Origin: Azolla caroliniana
Taxonomy: Eukaryota; Plantae; Polypodiophyta
NCBI GenBank assembly: GCA_043228905.1
Contig: JBHGNT010000009.1
Span: forward strand, 15,438,001-15,502,000
Direction: 5' to 3'
DNA: 64,000 nt
Positions 1 to 13,267 of the stretch are shown here, piece by piece. The notes under the pieces were generated by a model. It worked only from the letters and a program-made list of their open reading frames with translations, had not been told where the DNA came from and searched no databases. Position 1 is the first letter of the stretch. Each line of letters starts with the position of its first letter. A program made the position numbers and the translations under genes.

Positions 1-3000
1 GCTGAAGCGGTCCGAACCGCGGTCTACATCCACAATTGGATCGGAGAAAAAGTGTCCGCACATGAGCTGTATTTCGAAAGGAAGCCGAATCTACGACACT
101 TGAGGGTTTTCGGTAGCATCGCATATGTGCATGTGCTGAAGGAGAAGCGGAGGAAGCTAGACGCGAAAGCCGAGAAGTGTATCTTGGTCGGCTATTCGAA
201 CTAACAGAAGGGATATAAGTGTTATAACTCCCGCACCAAACAAGCTCGTGTAAGTCGCGATGTCGTGTTCAATGAGTTTGCGTCTTAGTATTTGCCTCCG
301 ACTACGGACCTCAGCTCCAATCCGAGTTCTGAAGATGAGGTTAGCGAGACTAAGATGCCTCCTGATGAACCCGAAGTCGGAACTCTTGAAGAGAGTCCGA
401 TCTCATTTCAGCTAAGTGGACTGAATGAGCGACTGAGTCGGTTTGACTAGTCAGATGAAGATTTGGTGAGTAGTGGAGACTGGTCATGCATTCCCCGCGT
501 AGGAAGCCGAAGAGACGACTTACTCGCAAAGAAAAGGGAAAGAAGAAGATGCTGGAGTACGGCACGGATAGGGTCGAGTCGGATTGACGTGAATCTGACT
601 CCGAGAAGAGCGATGACAGGCCTTCAAGAACGAAGCCCACGTCGGCCAGAACGGCCTCAACATCAGCTAATGAGCAATTACATCGATCTACCCGCCAGAA
701 GAACCCTGTTGTACGGTTTGGATAGAACGAGTACATGGCGCATCACTATGCGTACATGACACGTGTAGCGGAAGTGCGTGAGCCGGAGAGCTACACAGAA
801 GCGGCAAAGGAAGCAAATTGGTGTGCCGCCATGGAGGAAGAGATGAACGCACTTGCGGCGAATGAAACCTGGGGCCTGGTTGACGTCCCCAAGGGTGTAA
901 AGCCGATTGGATGCAGGTGGGTGTACAAGATCAAGTACAACACCGACAGCTTGATAAACTGATACAAGGCTCGGTTAGTAGCAAAAGGCTATGCGCAACA
1001 ACACGACATTGATTACGATGAGACATTTGCGTCAGTCGCAAAGATGACGACCATCCGTGTTTTGCTTGCGGTAGCTGTGGCAAAGGGGTGGCACCTACAT
1101 AAGATGGATGTAAACAATGCGTTCCTACAAAGTGAGCTTGAGGAACAAGTGTACATGGTGCAGCCCCCTGGATTTCACTCCGGAACGAACACTTCGGCGG
1201 TATGCCGGTTGAAGAAGTCCCTTTACGGACTAAAGCAAGCCCCACGTGCCTAGAACGCGAAGATCACACAACAATTGCGTCGGATGGGATTTGCGACGTC
1301 CAAATCGGACTCTTCATTGTTCGTCCAGCAAGGTCACTTCGACCGGTTGTATTTAACTTTATGTTGATGACTTGGTCATCGCCGACATCAACCTAGGTGA
1401 AATTGACCGCGTAAAGCTCCAACTTGCAGCATCATTTGATATGAAGGACCTGGGGGACCTTCATTACTTTCTCGAGATTGAAGTGATAGAAACCCCCGAA
1501 GGCATACTAATCAGCCAACGACATTACATGCTGAGTATGCTCTTCAAGTTTGGGATGGCAGACTGTAAGTCCGTCTCAACTCCTCTGGACAAAACCGTGA
1601 AGTTTTGCCCCAACTCCAGAAAGGTCTGCGACCTGAAAAGGTTCTGACAGATTTTCGGAAGCCTCATATACTTGACTATCACCCGACCGGACCTCAGTTA
1701 CCCAATCGGCTTGCTTAGTCAGTTCATCACGCAGCCAACTGAGGAGCACCTTCAGTGCGCGCAACGCATACTCAAGTACATCAGTGGCACTAAGGACCGG
1801 GGGCTACTATTTTGGACTGGTATTGCCATGCAGCTAGTGGGCTATACAGATGTCGACTGGGCCGGAGACGCCGATGATCGCCAATCCACATCCGGATTAG
1901 CGTTCTCCCTTGGGAGCGTCGCGATCACGTGGAGTAGCAAGAAGCAGCCGACAGTTGCACTGTCGAGCACAAAGGTCGAGTATCGAGGAGCGGATGTCGC
2001 AACGTGCGATGCCATATGGCTGAAGCGACTACTTAAGGATCTGCAGGTGGAGGTGTCCGGTTTGACGACGATCTACTGCGACAACCTCAGTAGCATCCAA
2101 CTTGCGAAGAACCCCGTCTTTCACACCCGGACTAAGCACATTGAGGTGCACTACCACTTTGTCCGCGAGTGTGTCCTCTTTGGTGAAGTCGAACTTCAAT
2201 ATGTTCCGATGGATCGGCATAATGCCAACATCTTCACCAAGCCCCTTGGTCTAGACAAGTTTCTGCAATTCTCGGGTGCGTTGGGGTTGCGGCACCTCGA
2301 CGTGCCGAACTTGAGGGGGAGAAAAGTCCCACAAGACCACGGAAAGGAGCAGGAAAGGAGCGGAAATGACCACGACACCAAATTGGATGACGAATTCGAT
2401 TTATTGTTGGCTGAAGAAGCCGAAGGCGGATCCGCGGGAGAGTCTAGAAGTGGACGAGAGGGCAGCAGCCGAAAGAAAGAGCCGGAGCTAACCAAGCATG
2501 GGGGAGATGGAGCCAACAAGGACGAGAAGGTCAAGATTGAGGACAAATTGGAGACAACTAATTCGGACAAAAGTGGAGACGAATCTGAGGCAACCGATTC
2601 GGCTCGGATGTTTGATTCGGAGACGCCGAATCAACTGAAGGCCAAGCGGAAGAAAGGGCAGCAGAAGAGGCGCCAACACAGTGACAACAAGGGAGCTGGA
2701 AAAGGCCGCACGAGTAGACAAGTCGACCGTAAGGGTCGAGGCACGCGGAATCGAACAGGTCGAGGAGCACGAGCGAGGTGTGAAGTCATGAGAAACTAGA
2801 GCACAGGACCGGAAGAGCCTCAAGTTGAGCTTGAGGGGGAGTGTTGAGATACAAGCTCAACATTGGCCGAATCGGTGTGCAAACCGGTGCAGAAATCGAG
2901 AGGCCGTTGAATAGATATTCCGCGAGGGAATATATTTAGGAGTTAGTGTAGGAGCTCAATTATGAGCATTGAAGTACGTGTCAGTACTTCTATCAGTCCA

Positions 3001-3196
3001 TATTGACTTGTATAAAAGTGCTCTTTGAGCACATCCTATGTACAGAGTTTACACATTATTCGAATTTAGTTTTTTTCTGTGTTTTTTTCCCTCTCTGTCT
3101 CTCCCGCATACATTGTGTCTTAAGCTCTCCATTAAACCTGTTTTTCCTCTGTCAGTATTCTGTGTTTTGTATAGCTTCCACACGTAACATTTGACA
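1..3196 (+). mobile_element. Ty1/copia retrotransposon, 3' part (integrase C-terminus, RT, RNase H, PPT, 3' LTR); degenerate (element A)
   Basis: ORF fragments [81 protein letters not shown]; several stops; PPT TTGAGGGGGAG 2831-2841 then TGTTGAG. Confidence 0.95.
2842..3196 (+). repeat. 3' LTR of element A (~355 bp)
   Basis: TG..CA ends directly after PPT; TATA-like TGTATAAAAGTGCTCT; homologous to LTR 47550-47982, which is followed by a PBS. Confidence 0.85.
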
Positions 3197-5325
3197 ATTT
3201 CTTGTTAGTCCGATCCGGCACGTGTCTAGTTTGTTAGCTGAGAACACCTTGGTCAGCATATCCGACCCGTTCTCCTCCGTGTGGATCTTCATCAGCACGA
3301 AGTCTTGATCTTCTACCTTCTCTCAGAGCTAGTGATATCTTCTTTGGATGTGTTTCCTCCGGGAATGGTAGGCCACATTCTTTGCAAGGTGGATGTTCAC
3401 TTTGGCTGTCGCAGTAGAGTCGGTCTTCCTCCTACCGAATCCCTAGCTCTCCAATAAATTCCTTCATCCAAATTACCTCCTTGCGGCTTCCACGGCTGCC
3501 ATGTACTCTGCTTCCGTTGTTGACAGGGAATCAAATTTTTGCAACCTCGATTGCCACGATACAACTCCCCCTGAATAAGTCATAACGTACCCAGATGTGG
3601 ACTGGCTGGTATCCGTACAAGCTGACATATCCAAATCCATAAAACCGTTCAATAGGGGTTTACCGGAGCTGAATTGGAGGCACATACTCGGGGTGCCTTT
3701 CAAATACCAGAGTATCCACTTCACCGCGTTCTAGTGCTCTCTTACCGGATTGCTCATGAACAGGCTGACTACTCCGACAGCATATGCAATATCCGATCGG
3801 GTACACACCATTGTATATACATTAGGTTTCCGACGGCAGAGGCATATGGTATCTTCTTCATATCCGACTTCTCGGCCTTCGTTTTTGGGCTCTGCTATCT
3901 GGACAACTTGCAATATGCCGGAAGTGTCGATCCGACCGGTTTCGCCTCCGACATGTTGAACCTTTGAAACACCTTTGCCACGTAGCTCTCCTATGACAAC
4001 CACAACAGCTTCTTCGACTGGTCCCAGATGATGTGCATACCCAACATCTATCTTGTCGGACCCAAGTTTTTCATTGAGAAGGTCTGGTTCAGGGCCTTCT
4101 TCAGCATTCGTATCTTGACTTGGTCTCGTCCGACGATCAACATATCATCCACATACAGAAGGAGTATCAGGAAGTCGCCTCCGTCAAATTTCTTCACAAA
4201 CACGCAATGATCGGCTTGTGTCTTGTGGTACCCTTGGTCGGTCATGAAGGAGTCAAACTTTCGGTACCATTGCTAGGGAGCTTGCTTCAATCCGTATAAC
4301 CTTTTCTTCCACCGGCATACCAGGTGCTCCTTCCCTTTCTTCACAAATCCTTCCGGTTGCTGCATGTAGATTTCTTCTTCGAGATCACCGTGAAGGAACG
4401 TCATGTTGACGTCCAGCTGCTCGACCTCGAGGTTCATGCTTGCCACTATGCTCAATATTGTCCGGATGGATGTCATCTTTACAACCGGGGCAAAGATCTC
4501 ATCGAAATCCACACCTTTCTTCTGTTGGAACCCCTTTACCACGATCCACACTTTGTAGCTAGGTGGATTTCCGGCATCTCCCGGTTTCAACTTGTACACC
4601 CACTTTTCTGGAGTGCTCTCTTTCCTTTCGGAAGCTCCGTCAGCTCATATCTGTAGTTCTCATGCATCGAATTCATCTCCTCCTGCATGGCACTTAACCA
4701 CTTGCGGTTGTGGGTGTCTTTCTTTGCTTCTTCAAAGCTTTCCGCCCCCCCCCCTCATCAGTTAGCAATACGTGCTCTACATCCAGAAATCTCCAGGGGG
4801 GGGGGGGGGGGGCTTCCCTCTCTGAGAGGATATCTTCGTCCTTGGTTTTTCGCTACCGGTTCCTCCATCTGTTCTTCATCTGAATCCGATTCGAGATCTT
4901 GTCCGGTTTCGGTTTCGGTTCCAACGTCTTCTTCTTCTTCTGTCAGTTCGGTTTCTCGTCCGAATCCAGCCAGTTCGTCGAGTGTCATCCGGTTATTGGC
5001 TATCATCCGGTTTTCAACCAGGTAAGTCCTAGCATCCTCAAGCCAGTTTTTGTTCGTCATCTTCTTCTCCGACTCCCAGTCGGCAATGGTCTTGTCTTCT
5101 ATGAAGACCATGTCCCGACTCTGGAACACCTTCATGTCGACCAAGTCCCACACTCGGTAGCCGAACTCATCATCGCCATATGCAAGGAATATGCATGGCC
5201 TGGACTTCGGATCAAGCTTTGCTCTCTTGTCCTTTGCAACATGCACATATGCCAGACACCCAAACACCTTCAGATGCTGGTAAGACACGTCTTTACCGGT
5301 CCATACTCTCTGTGGTGTGTCTCCT
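3197..5325 (-). mobile_element. Ty1/copia (Tnt1-like) fragment: integrase end, RT, RNase H; pseudogenised (element B)
   Basis: HLKVFGCLAYVHV, FAPVVKMTSIR, LLYVDDMLIV, SWQSRLQ..LSTTEAEY; close homolog of 35836-41164; interrupted at its 3' end by element A. Confidence 0.93.
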
Positions 5326-5449
5326 GAGTTCTGTAGTTCAAAATCATTGAGCACGTTTGTAGTGAAGTGAACTCCCCTTTACCCCCTCGCAACCACAAGA
5401 CCTTGAGTCGAATCGGCAAAGGACCGGAGATTTGACACCATGTTATCTT

Positions 5450-7095
5450 AGGCCGATAACAATCTTTATGACTTGTGCAAAGATCTCATCAAAGTTGACC
5501 CCTTTCTTCTGCTAAAACAACTTCACTACTATCCGGGCCTTGTATATGGGTGAGCTGCCATCTTCCCCATTTTTCAGCTTGAGGACCTATTTGTTTCTCA
5601 GGGCTCTCTTACCTTTCGATAGTTCTACCAAGTCATAAGTGTAATTTTCATGCAAGGAGTCCATTTCATCTTTCATTGTTCTCTGCCACTTCTCATTGTG
5701 CTCATCTACCATGGCTTCTTCATAGCATTCTACCTCATCTAGTCAATGAACAAAACATATTGACTAGAGTATCAAACGTGTGTTGCCCTTTCTATGAATG
5801 AGTATCTACCACCTCCCATGGTCGGCTCAGGTTTGTATGTGTCTGTCAACTCTTCATTCAGCATGGGTTCATATATGTTGATCGGTTGCTAAAGAGCGAT
5901 TGACTCCGACTCGTATGCATCAATCAACCTTTGTAGGTTACCCGACTTTGACTCATATGTACAGGTTGGCTGCTCCGAGTCGACCAACTCGGATTTGGTT
6001 GTGTCGATTGAATGTCTCCTATTAGCTGATTGTGTGGAGTTTATTAGTCCCGAGTCCATAGTAGTGGGAGTCGACTGGGAAGACGACCCCAATTGTTGCT
6101 ATTTCCGGTCATCGATCGGCTTGTCTTCCATAAATATTATGTCTCAACTCCTCACCACTTTCTTGTCAAGTATATCCCATAGCTTGTAGCCAAATTCATC
6201 TTCTAAGTATCCTAGGAATATGCATGGTTTCGACTTGCTGTTGAGCTTTGACTTTTGATCCTTTGCAACATGCATATACGGTAGGCATTCGAACACCTTC
6301 AAGTATTGATAAGAGACATTTTTACCTGTCCATACCTGTTGTGGGACATCACCTTTCAAGGGCACTGAGGGAGACATGTTGATTAGATAGACTGCTATCA
6401 ACATAGCTTCAGCCCAATATGGCTTTCGAAGCTTTGCATGTGACAACATACTCCTCACCCTTTCCATTATTGTTCGATTCATCCTCATTGCAAGACCATT
6501 CAGTTCAAGGGTCTTAGGCACCGTATATTCGAGTCTTAGGCCTTGTGTCTTGCAATACTCCTCGAACTGTCCTCTGTCTCACCACCGTTGTCGGTTCAGA
6601 CAGACTTCTCTTTCAACTCTGGCCTGAAATTCCTTGAAGGTTGACAACACTTGGTCTTTCGACTTTAGCACGAAAGCCCACAACTTTCTACTGTAGTCGT
6701 CAATGAATGTCACGAAGTATTATTGTCCACCTCGATGTGATTGGGCACACATAACATACATCTGTGTGGACTAACTCTAGTGCACATTCTCTTCTCTTTG
6801 GTGGCCTTGAGTGAAATGCAACCTTGTTTTGCTTTCTGACTAGGCAGTCAACATGCTTCTCCAAGCTTATCCCTTTTACTTCCGGAAGAAGTTTCTTGTA
6901 GACTAGGATATGCATGTCTCTCTCGCTCATGTGGCCAAGCCTCTCATGCCATAGCTCCCCATTTCAATTGGCTACCACATTTGCTTCATCCTTGCACAAC
7001 TTGGCATGCATCACATACAATATGGCATGTTTATGTGCTCTGGCCACTATGAGACTTCCCTTATAGAACTTCCACATGCCGTTTTGAAAACTACC
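5450..7095 (-). mobile_element. Ty1/copia fragment (GAG-pre-integrase, integrase, start of RT), decayed
   Basis: LELVHTDVC, RMNRTIMERVRSML, WAEAM..AVYLIN, PCIFLGY motifs with frameshifts. Confidence 0.88.
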
Positions 7096-9664
7096 AATGA
7101 TGGTATTGCCACACACAACCATCACGCCAATAATGGACCTAGAAGATCTTGTCTTTTCATCTACCTTGTTGAACTCTACATGAACATCAATGTGGAAGAC
7201 CTTTAACTACTCTTTGCCTTTCACAAACTACATCCCTTGGCGTGTTGACTAATACTTGACATATTGGTAGGGAAGATGGGACATAACTCTAGTTCACTTC
7301 ACATGGTTGGCTTATTGAAGCATGAAAAATGGTGTGGAACAAAGTTTAGCCTGAAAAATGATTATTTGGATTGGCCAATGGAGCTAAACGAGGAAGATAT
7401 CCACCAACATGACAATATACAACCATGTCTTTTTAAGAAGCATATGATAGAGCCATTCAAACCACAATGCCAAAATCACTTGAATGGTATTCCTAGCTTA
7501 CACTTGATATGATCATTTAATAAAAAATGGCATCATCGCTTTATGCAAACAAATTCTATGTGTATAGGAACATAGCTTCATGGATTTATGCATTTACGGC
7601 CGAAAAAACCTAGTGACAATTTTGTTCTGGTGAGGTTTTTATTATTGTTGTGGAACCATATGGTTTTCTATTATTAAGTTTTTGTTGTCATTTGCTCAAA
7701 TCGCTAACTTTGCACTTCCAAGAGGTTACTCATTGATCTAGAGTGGGGAAAGGTGGGATGTGTGGAAACAGTGATGATGTTGACTAGGTCCACATTATAT
7801 TTATAATCAATTCATACAAGCTATATATAATACTACCTAAGAATACATCATTTTTGTTTTTTTCTATAATGTTTTAAAGCAAATTTATCTTTTTACATTG
7901 TTTATAATGTGCATATGAAGGCCAATGTTGTAAAAAGCCATGTATATTAGGAATAAAGACAAATGTTGTGGATAATCTCAAAACGGCAATTGCAAAACCT
8001 TCTAAGGTTGTATGAAACTATGTGACATTCATGATATAGAATGGAGTTCTACATTCTCTCCCTTTTGATGGAACAAAGTGCTTATGGTTTCTTTTGTTGT
8101 TTCATTCATGGTTATTTGTACTTTTGGAGGATGTGAGAATGCTTGTCTCACTTCTCCCAAATTATTGATCACCTAATGGGGTCAAACTCATCTCATTTAT
8201 ATAAATGATTCTCAGCTTTATTCTCTTTCATTGGTCTATCCTAATTATATACAAATCACCAATTGCCACAATGATGGTTCTTGTATATTAGCTAATAAAA
8301 TGAAACTTGCTAGTACCAAATGTGTACACTAGTGGAGCAACATGTTATAGTTTCCAAAAGGAGTTGGGGGGGCCATGAAAAAATAGAGCTTACCCAAACC
8401 TACCTTGAAGTTCACTACATCATTGCGGTTTGGAGTTGACACATCCTCAATTGTATCATTGGTGTCTGGGAAGAAGCGATCATTCAAGCAAAGTTTTTAT
8501 GCCTATGCCATATACAACCTCAATTCCATTCTCAAATATCGATAGTTTGGTGTATGTGTAAATGCTAGAATGCATCTATGAATCAAATTTGTATACTCTC
8601 CATAAGACTCACAAAGCTTAGTTTATTTAAATGTGGGAATGTGGCTACATTTAACCAACTTCAAGAAAGGAAAACCACCTTTACGAGTCAATGTACAAGC
8701 TTTACCACCACATCATAATGTTTTTAGCTATGTGATTATTAATATTTCAACAATCTTAGCCACATATCAATGGATGACAAACGTAAAGTTTTTAAAGTTT
8801 TCTCTGCATCACTCTTTAGCACATATTGTCTCATTAATTCTTTTGCAACTCTTGAATATGGCTCCAACCATTATTCTCTTCTTTTAAGATTATTGATCGA
8901 TATGTTTATCTAGACTTAGCATTAGCCCAATACCTTGATTGATGGGAACATCTTCACAATGGCATTTTAGGATTGTTTTTAGATGCAATTGAATGGAGAT
9001 TCCAAATGTAATGACTTAGTAGTGTTGACTTGCTTTTGATTCATGGGTCATTTGGATCCTCAAAACTTTCTTCCGACACAGTTTTAAGCATCTAGGTGAA
9101 TATTATCTTGGTTTGGGAAATGAAATTGATTCTTTTCATTGTGCTTCAACTCATGTTTTTCACAAAAACCCATATTTATGATTATTATATTTTATCACAC
9201 CCTTAAAGTTTCAACTCAACGTACAAGATTTTCAATAAGGGCATTGCCACTCTTATGGTATTGTCTTGGGAAGAATGGGGCTAACAACATTTTATTTGAA
9301 CATTGGGTTATCTCTTGCATAATAAGAACAAATAAAGTAAGCATTAATAGTGTACAAAAAGAATTTTTACATGAATTATGTTCTTCAAAACCCCTTAGAA
9401 AAATCTATATACATCTTGGAGTTATTTTAAACAGTCCAAGCTTTTAAATCCAATTCGACATAACACAAGTTCCAATCCATCTTAGCACGCTTGTGACTCT
9501 TGGTGGGCACATAAATTTACATTTTAACAAGATCTAGAGCGTGGATACTAATGTGATCTGGCCAAACCGGGATGCCCAAGGGCGAAGGTTAAATAGTCCA
9601 AATCCAAAGCTTTGAAGCACATGAATTGTCTTAGGCTCCAAAGGACAAGTTAAGTCTTTGGGGC

Positions 9665-11107
9665 CTAAAAGCACATAAACACGGGTTTCCTTGGGGTCTT
9701 GCCCTGCACTTTGTACTTGGCCGCCGATTCCTCTGCTTTCACAAACTCTTCACCTTTCTTGGCCCTCGCTCCCGCACGTTTCTCCTCTGCACTCTGGTGC
9801 ACCTCCGCGATCGTGTTCTTCATTTGCTCGATGTACGTGGCTCTCTTTTTCTCGAGTTCTTCCTGAAGTTTTGTTTTTGTTTTTGTTTTTTTTAACAAAA
9901 TGGAGATCAGATGGATAGAACAATTGACACAATCATATAAAGATTTCATTAAAAGGTTACTAGATGCAACCATCAAAACAGAAAATCCGGAAAAAAGAAA
10001 GGCCAAATACATCTGTAAAACACTCTTCCTGAAGTTTGTTTTGTTTTGTTTTTTGTTTTTTTTTAACAAAATGGAGATCAGATGGATAGAACAATTGACA
10101 CACATGTAAAGATTTTATTAAAAGGTTACTAGATGCAACCACAAAACAGAAAATCCAGAAAAAAGAAAGGCCAAATACATCTGTAAAACACTCTTTGAAT
10201 GTACCCAAATTGTACACTCTTCACCTGCATGGTGATCTTGGTCTATATCCAAACCCTATATAATGAATGCAAAAAAAATGATTTACCTCCATAGATCTGA
10301 ATGCATTCTCAGCCGCTCATAAGAAAATATCTAAAAATCCCATCTAATTTCAATTCATTATAATGCAGATCATTATAATATCGGACGCACCTCTCCTAGC
10401 TTCAGTTTGGCTTCTGCTCTGGATTTCTCGGAGTTTTCCCAAGCATTAATCTTGGCGATTTCTCTATTACATCTATGAAGAATGGAAACCAAATTAATCC
10501 ATCAATAGTTTAATGACTGAAAAAAAGATCATCAAAATAGCTTCATTCAGGTTAGTAAGTACTTGTTGAGCGATTTGGATTTCTCATTATCTTCCCATGC
10601 CTTAATGTGAGAGAAGATTTTGACCTGGTTAAGCTTGGCCAAGGTCACATCTAGTGCAAAAATCAACAGAAAAGCAGTCAAATATTAATGAATCAGAATT
10701 CCCATTAAACAAGGAATCATATTTGGAGACCCCATCGAATGAGAAATGACAACTGGGACCCTCATTGAGCTAATGATTATGATCGGAAACCTCAGCTAAC
10801 CAGTGATTATGATCGGAAACTAATAACCATCAATAAAAAAACAGAACCCGCCCATAAGCAAGAACCAGAACACATTTCGTGACATTTAAGGTTTCCAGTT
10901 CTTTCTTTGAATGTATGTATGTGTGTGTGTGTGTGTGTATATAAATATATATATACCTCTGCATTTAGAAGTAGAGGTCAAGACATGGTTAAGCTGTGAG
11001 ACCTTCGCCTCTGTCTCTGCCTCAGGTTGAGGATGAGGGTGAATGATCTTCGTCTCTGGTGATGACATAGGTGAGGTGGAAGAAGCAATACCCTTTTTCT
11101 CTGCCAT
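9665..11107 (-). CDS. Remorin family protein, 172 aa, 4 exons: 11107-10957, 10650-10563, 10472-10391, 9862-9665
   Basis: GT-AG introns with consistent phases (1, 2, 0); 519 nt joined ORF MAEKKG..RDVTLAKLNQVKIFSHIKAWEDNEKSKSLNK..KINAWENSEKSRAEAKLK..ELEKKRATYIEQMKNTIAEVHQSAEEKRA..KAEESAAKYKVQGKTPRKPVFMCF*, the Remorin_C coiled coil with C-terminal Cys anchor. Confidence 0.93.
9858..10195. repeat. Tandem duplication (~166 bp unit, 2 copies) of the remorin intron 3 3' end including the splice acceptor
   Basis: TCTTCCTGAAGTTT..TGGAGATCAGATGGATAGAACAATTGACAC..CATCTGTAAAACACTCTT starts at 9858 and again at 10024. Confidence 0.95.
10919..10938. repeat. (GT)n microsatellite in remorin intron 1
   Basis: direct reading. 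Confidence 0.9.
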
Positions 11108-11284
11108 GGAACGAACAGCAGCTTACAAAAAAAACACAGATAAAGAAGAGAAAGATGGGAAGGGGGAGGGGGAGGGGTAGAAAAGACCTCGAGGTTTAAT
11201 AATAATGTGGGCAGTTTCTGTTTTAGGAATGGGCAGAGTATGTATGTATTAAAAGTGTGGAAGGTCTTTTTTGTCAGAATAAAG

Positions 11285-11310
11285 TGTGTGTGTGTGTGTG
11301 TGTGTGTGTG
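11285..11310. repeat. (GT)n microsatellite upstream of remorin
   Basis: direct reading. Confidence 0.9.
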
Positions 11311-12392
11311 GGGTCAAGAGACTATGAAGATTTAGCTAATAAGAGATGGTGCCATGTGGGGTGGGGTCTTTGGTCTCATCTCCAAGAGTATTTGACTTGA
11401 CTCATCACACCCATCCATCTGCGGTCCCCTTCGACGAATCATCCATATTCATTCATTCATTCATTCGCCTAGCAAAACCCAAACCCAAGCCTAGTTACCA
11501 AACCTCATGTCATGATAACCATAACCCCACCCTCCTCCCCTAATGCTTCTATGAGTCGATTGCCAGATCTTATCCCTTTTTACTTCGTAGATTTTGCTTC
11601 AAGTATCAAGAGATCGACATCCACGAAGCTGTCATTCGTTTCTCATTATATGAAAGATTGGAAGCTAAACTTTCGAGGCATCAGGTTATGCGCAAAGGAT
11701 AAATTAAATCTCGATGATGCCCTTGTAAGCCATTGTACCATCGTGTACATCGAGGAAAGCCATGAAAGTGTAGAGACACACATATGTGGACATTGAGTAG
11801 GTTATATTTGTGAACCTTTGGCGCTGTGATCGTAAGGCATGACAAGTATATACATCTAGTATAAGACAATTCAACAGTTTGCTCCAATTCGATCTAACAA
11901 TTTATTGCTCACAAATGTTTACATCTACATATGTGAAAGATGGCGCCTCAATTTACCCTCTTAAGATTTTGAGTTCATGTCTTGTCTTGTCCAAGATAAC
12001 CAAGATTGAGGAAAATGAAGTTGTATGCTCAATGGAAGATAGTTGTCCAAGCTTCATGAAACATACCTTTAGCACTATCTCCAAAGGGATTAATAGAATA
12101 CCATTTTCATATGGAAATATGGTCAAAACCATTCTATTTTAGGCTGAGACTTCGTTTGAACATGGATCAGGACACCTAATTTGTTTGAATAGATATCATT
12201 ATCCTTTAACACTACCTAAAATGACAACATTACTTTGGGAAAGAGAGCAAGCTCTTCTCGTGACATTGATAAATAGAGTACTATAAATATTTGTAGGTAC
12301 CAGTGTGTAAAGCATGACATTAAACCTTCAACATCAAATTATTGCCTTCCATTGGGATTAGTATACTTGACCCACCTAGGTAGTGCCTCCTT

Positions 12393-12414
12393 GAGAGAGA
12401 GAGAGAGAGAGAGA
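12393..12414. repeat. (GA)n microsatellite
   Basis: direct reading. Confidence 0.9.
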
Positions 12415-12793
12415 ACGTTGGACAATTGATTAGGAACTAAGTAGCCCAAATTAAAGGATATAATGCATTTATTTTGAAGAGAAAAGGAATGTGGGGTAAA
12501 TCATTGTTTTTTTCATTAATGTAATATACAATGTGTTTGTCTCAGCTTACGTTTTGTTTATTTATGAAAATCCATTTTCCATTGATGGTATAAATTCTTC
12601 AATCATCATTGCAACATATGCTCTCACTTTTTCTCATTTATGCTTTCATATTCTGCATTTGAAATGTGTTGCATTGCATTACCTTTTCTTTTATATTCTC
12701 TTCGCACCTACATATGTATATGATTTCAATTAAGTTATTATACCACTCATGCATGCAATGACCTTTGTCTCCAACTTTTCACACCAAGGTTTT

Positions 12794-13267
12794 TGTTAAT
12801 AATTAGGTAATAACTAAGAGTTAATTAGTATTTAATTACATGAGTAGTTGATCACGTATGTGATTAAGCAACGGAACACTATGTGATATGTGTGTGAGTA
12901 AGGACGTTAAATGAGAGATAGAGAGGAAATACACTTATGAACAATAGGACTAATATGGGATGATTAACACGAGTGTAGCTTGAAGATTTTCTCTCTATTA
13001 ATAAGCATTAAGTTACAAAAGTACCCACAATAAGGTATATATATAATCTCATGTGCAAGGTTGCACATGTAATTAGAGAATATAGGTACAAGGGTGTAAG
13101 TCCTATATTGAATGAACTTAGTAGTGGGAGATCTAGAATGTATCCCACTTAAGTACAAGTACAAAATCCTACTTAAGACTTTATAGTCAAGACACTAACA
13201 AGATTCTATTTATGTAACTACTAAGTTACATGGTTAACTAAATGACTAAACCTAGTTTAGCTTAACA
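12794..13267 (-). mobile_element. Possible LTR (solo or orphan), ~474 bp
   Basis: TGTTAA...TTAACA inverted termini, TATA-like run and CT-rich tract on the minus strand; no matching TSD and no second copy in window. Confidence 0.35.

Noticed and set aside
4744-4812. Long C and G homopolymers as a G-quadruplex or regulatory signal
   Set aside because: The homologous positions in element I have short runs, so slippage or sequencing error is more likely
5326-5450. Short unassigned junction segment as a separate element
   Set aside because: No TSD, no terminal repeats and no second copy in the window
9665-10105. 146-aa single-exon ORF as a gene
   Set aside because: Only 9862-9665 is remorin exon 4; the rest is duplicated intron sequence
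10769-10822. Short direct repeat TGATTATGATCGGAAAC x2 in remorin intron 1
   Set aside because: Ordinary small local duplication with no evidence of function
12794-13267. 3' LTR of gypsy element G1
   Set aside because: No similarity to the 5' LTR at 21789-22267 and no PPT seen
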